A stretch of DNA of 63,902 bases, filler included, from Craspedostauros australis (Eukaryota), in assembly GCA_030167865.1 (NCBI GenBank). It is 6 parts of 6 records of this genome, joined end to end, with 100 filler letters (N's around TTAATTAATTAA, not from the genome) between each part and the next. Parts side by side here need not be neighbours in the genome. Positions count along the whole stretch, not along the records: positions 1 to 28,722 come from JALAGF010003951.1; positions 28,823 to 32,492 come from JALAGF010003957.1; positions 32,593 to 37,378 come from JALAGF010003959.1; 3 more parts are not named here. The stretch is one strand, 5' to 3'. How positions within the stretch are numbered: the stretch's first letter is position 1; every line of letters starts with the position of its first letter. Position numbers and translations under genes: made by a program. Positions 20,681 through 32,594 of the stretch are shown here, in pieces. The notes under the pieces were generated by a model. It made no database searches. It was given only the letters and a program-made list of their open reading frames with translations, and was not told the DNA's origin.

Positions 20681-22375
20681 TTATGTGCTGCTGGAGGCAC
20701 TGGTGCTGGACTCGTCGTTGTCTGCGGCAGCATGCGAAGCGGGCATGACGATGTGTCCCTTCTCCTGAGCGCTCTTCTCGAGATCTTCCTCGGTGAGCAA
20801 TCCCGCCTTGCGGGCGGCATAGCCGATGATGATGCCTCGCTTCTTGGCGGACTGGACGTAGGACTTGAAGTAGCAGCGGATCCTGTCTCGGACGGTGACG
20901 AAGGAGAAGTCAGCGTCGTCGAAGACGTATCCGTGATCGGCGGCGAGCTCCAGGAGCCGCTCCGTGAGGCGGTTGTTGTACTGCTTCTGCTGGACCGTGT
21001 AGTTGAGTGCGGAATGGCGGAGGTACTCTTCGCGGTTGGCGACCAGGAAGGCCTCAAGTTCTGTGCGCGGAATGAGGTGGGAATGGAATGGAGTGTTGTG
21101 ACAGGGAAGGGAAGGGGAAACGAACGAAAGAACAGAAAGTGGGTGAGATTGCGGACGGTGCGTGCCGATGCTCTGCTAGGGTCGCAAGTGCGAAAGAGGC
21201 GCTGTGATAGCTTTCATAGTCGTGCTGTACGTACCTGGATAGTTCTTCCACGAGAACTTCTTTCGAAGAATCTTCTTGATTGTGATTCCCGTGGCGATGC
21301 TGTGTTCCATGGCACGTTTGGCGTGGTAGCTGACGTCGGTGATGGGTCTTGCGGCCGCTGCCTTCGTGTTGCTGCTGCTGCTGCTGCTTGTGGTGCTGGA
21401 TGGATGGTGGGCTGTCGATGAGGACTTGCCGCTGGACCTCGACTTGGCGGTGGCTTGCCTCTTGCTGGCTGCGGTGCTCTTGGAGGATCGGAGGCTGGCC
21501 CTGCGAACCGGTCGCCCGCGCCCACCAGTCGGGTTTGGTGACACGATTGGAGGCACATCGAGCGACGTGAGCACCGCCGATCGAGACGTTGGCGTGGAGG
21601 GGGCACGGCTCATGATGTGGGCTCGCTTGGGGGACGGATCCGGGCAGTCCATGGAGACAGCGCGGATGCGCTTCCAGCGCAACCGTTCACCTTGGCTGCT
21701 GCTTGCGTGGTGGTTCGAGATCGATTGGCGCTGCGCAGTGGGGGACGGCGTCGCGGCGACTCTTGAGGCTGCTGCGTCGGCGCTCCACAACGGCATGGCC
21801 GGCAAGCGCGACGAGAGGAAGAGCGGCGAAGGATCGTGGAGGCCGCTGGCTTGGTGGTCGCCGGACTCGTCGCTGATGCTGTTGTGGGCATCCTCGTGAT
21901 CGTCAGCGAGGCAGTCGCTGTTGACGCGGAACTCCTGCGAGACGATGTTGGAGATGCCAAGGAGCAGCATGGCTGCGGCCTGGTTGTTGCTGGCGGTCTG
22001 GCGGAAGGACGGGGCGGTTTGGGCCACGTTTCGGGCTCTCTTCTTCATGCTGCGTTTCGTGGTGGTCGCGTTGTTGTTGCTGCTGCCGTCGGAGCTGGTG
22101 TTCTTGTGATCGATCAGAGACGGGGCTGGCTTGGCAGATGCCATGGGCGCCGGCGAGGGCGGAAGCACAGATGCGAGAAGCTCGCAGCCGTTGATCTGGG
22201 CCTTGTCTCCGATGGAGACGAAGCCGGCAGAGGCGAGGCGCGGCTGGAGCAGCGAGGGGCTCTGCGACGAGAGCGACTTCATCATGAGCACGCGGCGTCT
22301 TGGCATCAGAGGCATGCCTCTTGGTTGCGCCTGCTTTTGGGAGCGGCTTCCAAGTGCGGAGGACTGGTTCATCAT
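20681..22375 (-). CDS. Conserved diatom-type protein with a disordered N-terminus and a basic helical C-terminal domain (putative transcription regulator); two coding exons
   Basis: Intron 21061-21234 (GTACGT...CACAG) joins IKKILRKKFSWKNYP to ELEAFLVANREEYLRHSALNYTVQQKQYNNRLTERLL...VRDRIRCYFKSYVQSAKKRG; stop TAA at 20681-20683. The start is uncertain (first ATG 22375). A further GTGAGT intron at ~22492-22580 is probable. Confidence 0.8.
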
Positions 22376-24937
22376 GGTGGTGCTTCGCTTCTTGATCTTC
22401 TTGGGCTTGATCTTGTGCTCGTTTGGCTTGACGTACGTCAGATCCAGGGACTCTTGTTCGGCTGCGGTGGTGTGGACGCTGGTGCCTTGTTCTGTTGTGT
22501 CCAAAGAGACAGGAAAGGAGGAACTGTGTCGCCCTTCTGCTCAGTACCGATAAAGTCTGAATCAAGAGCCGAGCACTCACCGGATCAATGAGGCGAAGAT
22601 GTTGTTGCTGTTGCTGCTGCTCTTGTTGCTGGTGTCAACGTTTGGATTGCCGATGGCGCTGCTCTATTGCTGCTGTTGCGTTGTGTCGCGCTGTGCTGTG
22701 GTATCGAAAATTTGGAGGTGAGGTTTTGTGTGAACGTTTGGGTTGATGATGCCGATGGTGTTGGCTGGGCGCTTGTTCTTTGTCTCTCGTTTCTTGCTCG
22801 GTGTTGTTGGTGGATGTTGACGTTGATGTTGTGTTTCGACACGGTACAGAAGCGCGCAACGAGGAAATTGTGCGCTTTTCCGATCGTGATGCAGCCAACG
22901 CGGCAACAACCAGCACAAAAAACACCAACAACAATAACACGCCTTCCCGTCGCGATACCCAGCTTCAACAATCCCAACGTGCCGATCGGCATGCAATTTG
23001 TTCTGTGAAAGAACCATCAAAGACGCCAGATTTCATCGGCAGTACGGTAGAACTCACGTGGAATCCTACTGCAGAACACCTCAAAGACACGACACCAACG
23101 TCACGTCGCGTGATGGGATTCAACACACACACACACACAAGGCCGATCGATGTCGCGCAGTGTCACCACATGTGAACGCTTTCTCACCACAACTTTTCAC
23201 GGTTGAAGTATGGGTAGACGGGTACTCGCATCTCCCACCGAACACGACACAAGCCTCCTGTTCCAGTTCACATTCCTCAACACGAGTACCTCTCCCTCTC
23301 TATTACCAATACTCGTGCAATAGCTATTTTACTCCATTAGATAAAATGCAAAATTAAAGAGCGGCCATACACGCACTCTACTTGACACCGCCAACACACA
23401 GAAACACGGCAAGAGGAGGTGTCGTGATGGATGAGGGGTGTCTGGATGTTGCCGAGAGGCGAAGAGCAACAGCGAGCAAACACGAGAACGAAAGAACAAA
23501 TAGGGAAGACGCCAAGCGACAAGCAAACAAGCCAAACAGAATCGTACAGCGGATAAAGCAAAGGCACGCCGCGTTACACGCTCTCTAGACACGCATGCAC
23601 GACCTATGTATACTTGCATAGATGCACGCACACACGTGAAGAAAGAATCCCCACACCAACACAGATACTCCACCATGCACCCCCTGCGTCGCCGAAGAAG
23701 AAAGAACTGAGAGAGAAAGAAGGAACTGACCACCACGGTCGGAATTCATTCCTTTTGCCGCGAGGAAGGAGGAACGATGAATGGTATCTTTTGAACGGTC
23801 GTGTCACACGAAGTGTACGCAGTGTCACCACAGTACTGCTCTGCGTAGAAATGTACGGTGATGGCATGTTGTCACATCGTGTCCGAGCGCTGTCGGAGTT
23901 GACATCCGAAGAACGCTGGTCACAGCCAAAGCACATGGTAAGTTCCACGACTGCATGTGGCATTGTGCTGCAAAACGCTCGTACAACGTGTGTGTGGGAC
24001 AATTGCTGAAATTGTTTTCTTGTCGCTGTGCTCCGCCGACAAACGAACAACTCAACGTGGCGAACTGCGGCCCACAGTCGCACGTTTCGAGTCTGGGACT
24101 CGTTGTTCAGAGATACTATTGACTGATAGGATTTGTTGTGATTGGCGGATGTATGTCGCTTCAGAAGGGTGAATCGACTTTGCCAATTGCCCCCGTCTGA
24201 GAATTGACACATGAGAACCCTCCTTGTTCTTACTTGCGGCTCGTTGGCCCCGAGGCTTCTTTTCTTCTTCCTGGATTCTCACCGACTTTCCCGCCACGAT
24301 CGTCACCCAACCTCGTCTTGTTGTGGTACAGATGAGTAGTAGTACGATTGCGAGAAAACGTGCAACATCAAGGGCAGAAGAGGCGCGCACCGAATACGAT
24401 CGACCACACGAGCTGCGGCTTTTCTTCACACCAATCCGCCCAATGCGCTGTCCCATGCCATGCTGTATCATACTATACTGTACCACACTCTCCCTCTACT
24501 TTCGAGAATGGGGTGTACGCATGGAAGGCATCAGCAGGAAGATCTGAAGCTCTTCTATTTCTGTGGGTGCTGTTTGCGAGATTCCTTGTCTTCTGGAATC
24601 TTGCTTGGCGTGGTGGCCCAAAGCGATGACGATTCTCTGGAGGAGGCGACGATGGAGCAAAGCAGAACACCAGACGGGACTTCCATGTCCTTGAATCCGC
24701 TCGGCAGTCCTCCTGCGATCTCCATTCTCATCTTCTGCATTCACGAAGAGCGCCAGTGTCCGAGTTCGACTATTGCCGTTTCTCACCGCATTGCGAACGG
24801 TCGTGCAAACCACGACAAACACACCAGCCCCAAGGAGATGGCCGCTCATGATTGCTTGTATCGGCGACACTCCGTTGTTGCCCAGCCCCAATGATGCCAA
24901 CTTGATTCACAGCGCCAACATGGGCGGATCATCGCCG

Positions 24938-24940
<3 letters not shown>

Positions 24941-24970
<30 letters not shown>
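24941..24970. repeat. (AG)15 microsatellite
   Basis: Perfect dinucleotide run seen directly. Confidence 0.95.
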
Positions 24971-24971
<1 letters not shown>

Positions 24972-27900
24972 AACCACAGTGGTGCTCCCATCACATGGAC
25001 AAAAGGAACCGCCCGTGCCGAAGAAAGATTCGTTGGCACTCCCGTTGTAGTGATTCGTGGAAATTCGTGGGATTAGCCGCTGCTATCCAGGAAGCGGAGT
25101 GTTGTCTCTGGTGTGTTTGTGTGACGTGGGACATCAATGAAACATCTGTTTTGTTGACACCTCCACTTCACGATTGAAAGATTCTCTTTGCGGGACGGTG
25201 GCTGATCGCATCGGCGTGTCTCGGCTGCAATGGCCGATCCTCCTCGCTCATTGTGGAGTACGTGGCGTCGCAACGGCAATACCTTGCGTGGCCTGGTTTG
25301 GTTCTTCTTGGCAATTGCCTGTGTGGGAACAAGGGATGCTGCGTATGCCCATGGACCACTCTGACAAAGATGTGATGGAAGACCATCTCCGGCCGTTTGG
25401 TCGGTGGACTCTCCATCGGCCTTTCTTCGCGCCAACTCCCGTTTCGTCCGACCTGCTCTCAGAATGGCATGATGTGTGATACGGCGCATGCACAGCACGT
25501 ATGGTATGCTGAGCAACCGACTACAAATACCTACAGGTACGTGCCCCTTGTTGTTGTGTGATGAGTGACGAGCGGAGCGAAGGAGTGAAGGAATGAGGGA
25601 ATGGATCATCATCATCGCCATCGTTGCCATTGACACATCGCTGTGTTCTTTCAGAAGCCAGAACAGCAACCGATGACAAAGCCAAGATGAAATTGAGAAA
25701 GAGGACGTTGGAGTGGAATGGAGACGTATTGGCAGAGAGGATCGGATCGGCGCATGTGACAGAGCTGCGTTATTAATAGACTGCGCTGTTTTGTTGTCGA
25801 GTTGCAGCTGGTGGTACCAACAATGGATCAGTGGTTGTTGCAGCCCTGACTTCTTTACCCAGAGAGTGGTTGGATGCTCGTGTGTCACAATACCGCCGGA
25901 GGCGTGTTTCGGGTTCATCTTTGTGGCATCAACGCATACTATTAGCAACAACGGAGAAAGGAGTATCCCGTGCCCAAGGAAGTTCGGCGGAGCAAACCTA
26001 TCAGTCGACAGCCGAGGCGGTTGGATCTGCACGAACTGCAGATGGATTCTGCCTCACACTTTCAAGCAACGACGATGTCACGCAAACGAAGACATCTCGA
26101 CGATCACATCAGTCTACTATACGCAATGCCATTGCGTGTGGCATATGACTATTATAGATCGTCCTCTACACCGTTCCACGACGAGCTATGGCATATAGTT
26201 CTACCAGAGACTCGTAGTATAAGTGTATGATGCTTACCACACCTCTCCTCCTGTTCCTCCACATGAACGAATGCATCGTCATCGTACTCGTGCAACCTAC
26301 GATCGACAAGGCATCGCTCCGCATCTATCATGTGGCCGCTTGCAAATACTCGCGCCCAAACCACGAGCCACAAACACTACGATCTATTTTATGTATAATA
26401 CATTGCGAACTGCGCTGCCGATGATGACATCGGTTCCTGACGCAAATCGTTTGTATGGCAGGACCTATCATCCCGGAAAGTCCGTGGTCCGGGATTTACG
26501 GCCTCTCTGGTCGTGAGCGTCGTGAGTGCGGACAAGGAAGGGGACGTTTCTCCTTGCCCAGCACCACGTCAACACGCCAGTATGACATCGGCAACGGGGA
26601 AAAAGAGTCCAAGGGGGAGATGAACATCGATGACCGCAGAATGGGCGGAAAAGAAACGGGCATGGATTGCTGGACAGATCGAAACCCCGGAAACGGGAGG
26701 AGCAGTTGCATACTGTACATGGTGCTATACAAATGCAAACATAGACGCGTGGTATTGTGTTGACGATGGCGAGACAGTCCACGAGGAGGAACAAGATGAC
26801 GATGGCGCTTGCACATTGTTCGTTCCATCCTCGGTGGTGATGCACACGTCAACGCAAAGTGGAGCGAGATGTGCAGGAGCAGCATTGGTCGAAACCTTCT
26901 CTCGTCCAGACCAGAACCAATGCCGTTCTCTCCCATCGTACCCGTACTCGATGGGTATTCCTTCGCCGTTCGCATCTGCAGCCGTCTCGCCGCATGGCTG
27001 CCGATGCGATCAGCCCCCTTTCGACACACGCTTCCTTCACAATTTGCGTCCTTTGATGTCATCTGCTGCCTGCGATGGTGCGAAGCACGACATCACCTCT
27101 GAGGTTTTTTTCGATACGGACAAGAGGCGCATCGGAGGACCGTATTCCTCTCTGGTCGCCACCTTCATCAATTCCTTCACAACGGTGTCTCAGATTGGGA
27201 CTACGCGCATACCAAAGGAAGAAGAAAGTAAAACACGCCTCCCAATCTGCAGACGTTCCTTCTTGTGAGTTGTATGCACGCGTTTTAGCCATGGTGATGT
27301 GTGATGTGCCCATGATGTGTGCATACTCTGTGCGTACACCAACCCTTTGTTCCCAGAAAGTGGCGAGCCGTTTTGCTCTGAATCTGTGGCGGTGCTCCTT
27401 TGGGGCGGACGAGATCCGTGAACTTTGCCTCATGACATCGCACATTCGCAGCTTCTTGCCCGTAGTACTGCTGGGGATGCAAACGCCAACACAGTTGACA
27501 AGCCCAATCCCGGGATAGGGGCAAAACTGTACCCTTGGACACCGAAAGTTGTGGAATGACGCATGGAGAGTATCGTGCTCCCTTGACCCCTTGGGCATCG
27601 CTGCGGCAATGCCCGAAAGAAAGAGCGAACATGAGAACGATGCGCGCGGGATCGCGCAGATCCAGCGGCTGAATACGCGCAGAGATGGTGCACGATGCGC
27701 TTACGACCCCGGTGAGCGAAAAGGTTACGCCCAAGTTGGCGTCGCATCTGCGATCCTGATATAAACTTTAAGAGGCCTTAACATATACTTCCTTTAGATG
27801 TATGTAGAGGAACTACATTCTTAAAACGTATATTGGATGGTTTAGGAGGTCATGAAGGTACCTATTCTGTCGTGTTGTATCGTGCATTAGATTCAGTTTT

Positions 27901-28722
27901 TGGGATGCGACATGGATGCGACTCATCACTGACACCAAATTTGATGTTGGCGAGCGGCGAAAATGTTCTTTTTTCCTCTCGCAGACGGGCTCACAGCAAG
28001 ACGCTTGAAGCTGAACTCAGACGTGTCTACAGTCGTGCGAACGGGCACACATTTCGGTTGTTTTTGGCCCAATTGATTGCACGCAGTTTCTCGGAATGGA
28101 CTCGGAACAGGTGTGGAGGAGCAAAACTGCACCAGCATGCGATGGTACGTACGTGCACTGCGCTGTGCCATACGACATTAGGATGGGATGAAGGTGCAGA
28201 GCTATCAGCATATTCCACCAGGTATAGTGAGATGCTACTTTTGCTGATGCTGATGCTGGTAGTACTTCGTGAGCGCGGGAACTGTGATCACTGCCGGGTT
28301 CGTTGCACCATGATCTCGCGCGTTCCACGTGTGGTCTCTCATTTCATACAAGGGGCACGAGCCTCTGTGACAAGATAGGTGCAGGAGGATAAGGGTCCCG
28401 TTCTGCAAAATAAAGTCAGCTGGCGACTACGGCACATTCCTGATGTACGCTGCTGTGCTCTGCTGTGCTCTTCTCGAGTTGCTGAGTTGCCGAGTCGCCG
28501 CGCGTTGCGCCTCTCAGACAGGATTTCGGTGTCTCGTTGTTGTTGTGGAAGTTTGTGAGTTCATTTTGCTCTTTTCTTGATCACGTTTCATTCCTTTTCC
28601 TGGTTCTTTTCCATGTCGCACCCAGAGAATCGCTCTGTACTTTTTCAGATGTCGGTGGACAGACAGACGTGAGATGTGGTGTTTTGGTAGAAACATGCGT
28701 GGAACAAAACCAAATCAGATAC

Positions 28723-28822
28723 NNNNNNNNNNNNNNNNNNNNNNNNNNNNNNNNNNNNNNNNNNNNTTAATTAATTAANNNNNNNNNNNNNNNNNNNNNN
28801 NNNNNNNNNNNNNNNNNNNNNN
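28723..28822. other. Artificial contig linker/gap
   Basis: 100 nt: N44-TTAATTAATTAA-N44; the central 12-mer gives stops in all six frames. Confidence 0.97.
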
Positions 28823-28823
28823 G

Positions 28824-31800
28824 AAGGACTTCTTCTTTGGACGAGACAAAGAGCTGCAGCATCTCCGTGACATCTGGCGGCACATCAACGATGGCCAACC
28901 CATCTTTCCGGCCGCGTTGGTTTGGGGAACGAGTGGAACCGGAAAGTCGCAGCTGATTGACCATTTCCTGGATCAATCATGTTGCACATGCGGGGAAAGA
29001 CATCATCCAAAGCGAGCGGTACTGCTATCATCAGATCCGCAAGCGGAAGGTCTTCGACAACAGCAGCAACAACAGCAGCAACCAACCCGACAGTGCTCAT
29101 GTTGCTACGTGTTGCGAGGCAAGTACGATGAGTACACCGGCAACAACGATCCCTTTTCCGCCATCATCCAAGCACTGGATGACTTCGCAACCCAACTCCA
29201 ACACGGACCTCCTGAGGAACTTCAACGCATTCAGAAATCAGTACAGAGCGTGTTCTATGCGGATGACAGCGAATCCGATCTCACCTCCAAACCCACCCAA
29301 GATGACTCCGCGAGCCAAACACACGGCAGCATGATGAAGCAAAGCTATGACGCCATGACTGCTTTAATCACAGTCGTCCCGTCGCTGTCCATTCTATTCT
29401 CCGACTCCCCCGGGTCCTCTTCCAGCGTCGTGACGGGCGCCTCGTCCCGCTCGGCACGAGCTCTGCAGAAAGTCGCATCCAACAGCAACTTCGGCCGTGC
29501 TGCTGCAGGTCTCGCTAGGGACGCCGGGTCCGTCTCCACAAATAGCCATGCCATGTCAGATATGGACTTCGGCGGAGATACCAGCAACAACGCAACCACA
29601 GCTAACTCACAGACCGCATGGAACCGGCTGTGCTACATCTTCATCCAGTTCATGAAGGCCATCTCCACTCCTCAAAGGCCGGTCTTCCTCTTCCTTGACG
29701 ATCTGCAGTGGTCATCCGCCGCTGGCTTGGAGCTTCTGGCATCGCTTCTCACGGATACCGATCTTCACAATTTCCTGTTGCTGGGTGCGATCCGACAGGA
29801 AACGGACCCTCACAATCATCAAGCGATGGAGCTGTCACCGTATGCACCCCTGCAAACGTCGTTCTTGGATCGGTTGCTGTGCGAAGACAACGCCAGGGAT
29901 GCCCACAATAACTGGAACGGCAACAACGACAGAGACGGCACACTCCTTGAGCAGATCACACTCGGTAATCTGTCGTTGCCGGACTGCACCCAGTGGCTGT
30001 CGCATCTTCTCCATCGCTCCCATCACGACAGCGACCTCAAGTTGCTGGCATCCAAAATCCATGCGAAGACGCACGGCAACGTCTACTTCACGCTGCAGGC
30101 CATCGAAGAGCTCAAGAGGCGGGACATCGTCATTCACAACCGCACCGCCGATCGATGGGAATGGCATCTGGACTCATCTGTCAACGATGGTCTTCCCATC
30201 GGCGACAACATCGTGGCCATCATCGAGATGCAGCTCAAGGATCAACCGCCTGATCTTCAACATGCGCTGTCAATCGCGGCTTACATCCGAGCATCCTTCG
30301 ATTTGGAGGTGCTACAAGCGGTGCTGCAATACATTGATGATCATGGAGGCGTCGACGTTATCTATTCGCAAGCTGACGAGGCTTCAACGCCAACAAACAC
30401 GACGACTGCATGGACGACTGATCGACTCTATTCTGTGCTGGAGAAGGCTCTTCTGGAGGGTCTCGTCACCAACTCCATAGGCGAAAGCAGATACCACTTT
30501 GCCCACGATCGTGTGCAACAAGCAGCGCATGGCTTGATTCCATTCGGTGAGGTCCGCAGCAAACTCCGGCTCCAGATCGGTCGCAGTCTGCTCGAGGTGT
30601 ACCGAATGTCCACAACTCCGCCAGCCCAAAGCGAGCTTCAAGACCAATCTCCCAAAACGTCAGCAGAAAACGATGACCAGGACCAACATCGCCAACTAAA
30701 GCAACAGCAACAACAGCAGCAGCAACACGAACTCACCATCAGAGACGTCGACAGCTTGCTTTTCATTGCGGCTGATCATCTCAACAGCGCGCCCACCAAG
30801 GACCATCTCTTCCTCCTCCGCTTCAACCTTGAAGTTGGACAGAAGGCACTCCAAATGGCTGCGTTATCGTCGGCTGCTATCTATCTGCAGAAGGCCGCCA
30901 ATGTGCTACCACGCATACGCAGTCCATGGCAGGAACACTACGGAACCTGCCTCACGTTATTCCAGTGCCGGTCTGAGGTGGAGCTGTCAATGGGCAATTA
31001 CGAGGTCGGTCACTCAATCGGAAACGAAATTCTCCAAAGGGCGCGGACGCTCGACGACAAGCTCCCGACGTACCTCACGATGGCAATCGCGTTGGGACGA
31101 GAAGGCAAGGTGGAAGAGTCTCTCTCCATGAGCCTATCCGTCGCAAGGCGGCTCGGTGAATCGCCGAAGCGCTTCTATCTCATGCACGCGATGAAGGATT
31201 TGATGAAGATCAAGTCATTTCTGAAGAACAACACGGACGAAGACATCCTGAACCTCCCTTTCCAGAAGGATTTCCGCACGGTCATGGCCATGCAGTTTGT
31301 GTGCGAAACCGACTTCCGATCGTTCTTCTCTGGCAAGTTCTTGCAGTGGCTTGTCCATGCGCTGAGGCAGGTCCGCATGACAATCAAATACGGAATCGGG
31401 AAGAAATCCGCCTCGGCTTTCGCAGTGCTGGGCGGCATCTTCTATATCTCCGGTGACGATCACGCGCTGGTGTTGCGGTGCGCGGGTATCGCACATAAGC
31501 TGCTGACGAGAGTTCGGCAGCAATCCAGCACGGTGTACTCCATCACGGCGGGCTGGATCTTCCCATCCAGCGAGCCATTTCCCTTCTGCATCAAGACCTT
31601 GGACAAAGGCTACGCTTTCGGGATGGAGTCTGGCGACTTTGAGCTGGGGTTGACCAATCTCCGGTTCCGCAACGTCTTGGCATTCTACATTGGCTACAAG
31701 CTCCGGCAGCTGGTTGCGGCTCTTGAGCACACAATTCAGCAGCACAAGGTCTACAACGTGACATTCAACAATGAAACGACGATCGCCGTGCTGATGATGA

Positions 31801-32492
31801 CAAGGTACCTCGCTGGTCTCGATCCAATCGACTGGAGCGACATCGAACGCAAGCTGGAGCGCGACGCCAACGACAAGGCTGTGATTCGCAACGAAGTGCA
31901 CCGACTGATCACCACCTACTCGGGCCTGCCTTTGCTGGCGTTTCTGTTCCGGAAGTACGAGCTTGCACAACGCATGATCGCACTGTATCGTCAGCTCCCG
32001 GGCAACGCCACAACCTTCGGTTCCGAATCCACGACCATGCTCGTGCAAGGACTTTCAGCATTCGCCTTGTACAAATCCACGGGCAAAGCGAAGCACAAGA
32101 AAGAGCTGAAGCGTCAGATTGGACTTGTCAGGACGTTCGTGACGAAGAAAGGAAGCAACGCGACCAGCATCTTGCAGCTGCTCAAGGCCAAGCGGCTCGC
32201 GGTGAACGGCGTCAAGCCAAGCCTCGCCAACATCTACCGGTCCGAGAAGGCGTACGACACAGCCATCATGGTGGCAGAGAAGGTCTCCCTGGTGCACTAC
32301 TGCGCCGTCGCATGCGAAAATGCAGCCGAAGACCTGATCCGAACGATGAAGAGGCTTCCGCGCAGCAAACATTTGAGCGCAACCGACCGCAGTGTGAAGA
32401 GATTGCTGCAGGAATCGATCTGCAAGTACATGACGCGTGCCGTCGCATACTACAACGAATGGGGCTGCTCCATCAAGGTGAAGGACATCCAG
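28824..32492 (+). CDS. STAND-like AAA ATPase with helical tail, copy 2 (truncated at both ends by gaps)
   Basis: Open from the gap: KDFFFGRDKEL, Walker A GTSGTGKS, RGKYDE..DPFSAI, Walker B PVFLFLDDLQW, THGNVYF, FAHDRVQQAA, GMESGD and YNEWG. Confidence 0.9.
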
Positions 32493-32592
32493 NNNNNNNN
32501 NNNNNNNNNNNNNNNNNNNNNNNNNNNNNNNNNNNNTTAATTAATTAANNNNNNNNNNNNNNNNNNNNNNNNNNNNNNNNNNNNNNNNNNNN
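32493..32592. other. Artificial contig linker/gap
   Basis: N-TTAATTAATTAA-N, 100 nt. Confidence 0.97.
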
Positions 32593-32594
32593 CT

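Noticed and set aside
20387..21421. 344-aa plus-strand ORF and similar long ORFs (4635-5369, 9402-10211, 11541-12335, 31215-32048, 53362-54393, 54576-55391)
   Set aside because: Antisense shadows of better-supported genes in GC-rich coding sequence, with no motifs.
25073..27598. ORFs of 180-319 aa in the long intergenic region
   Set aside because: No recognisable motifs, composition unlike the real genes, and mutual overlaps.
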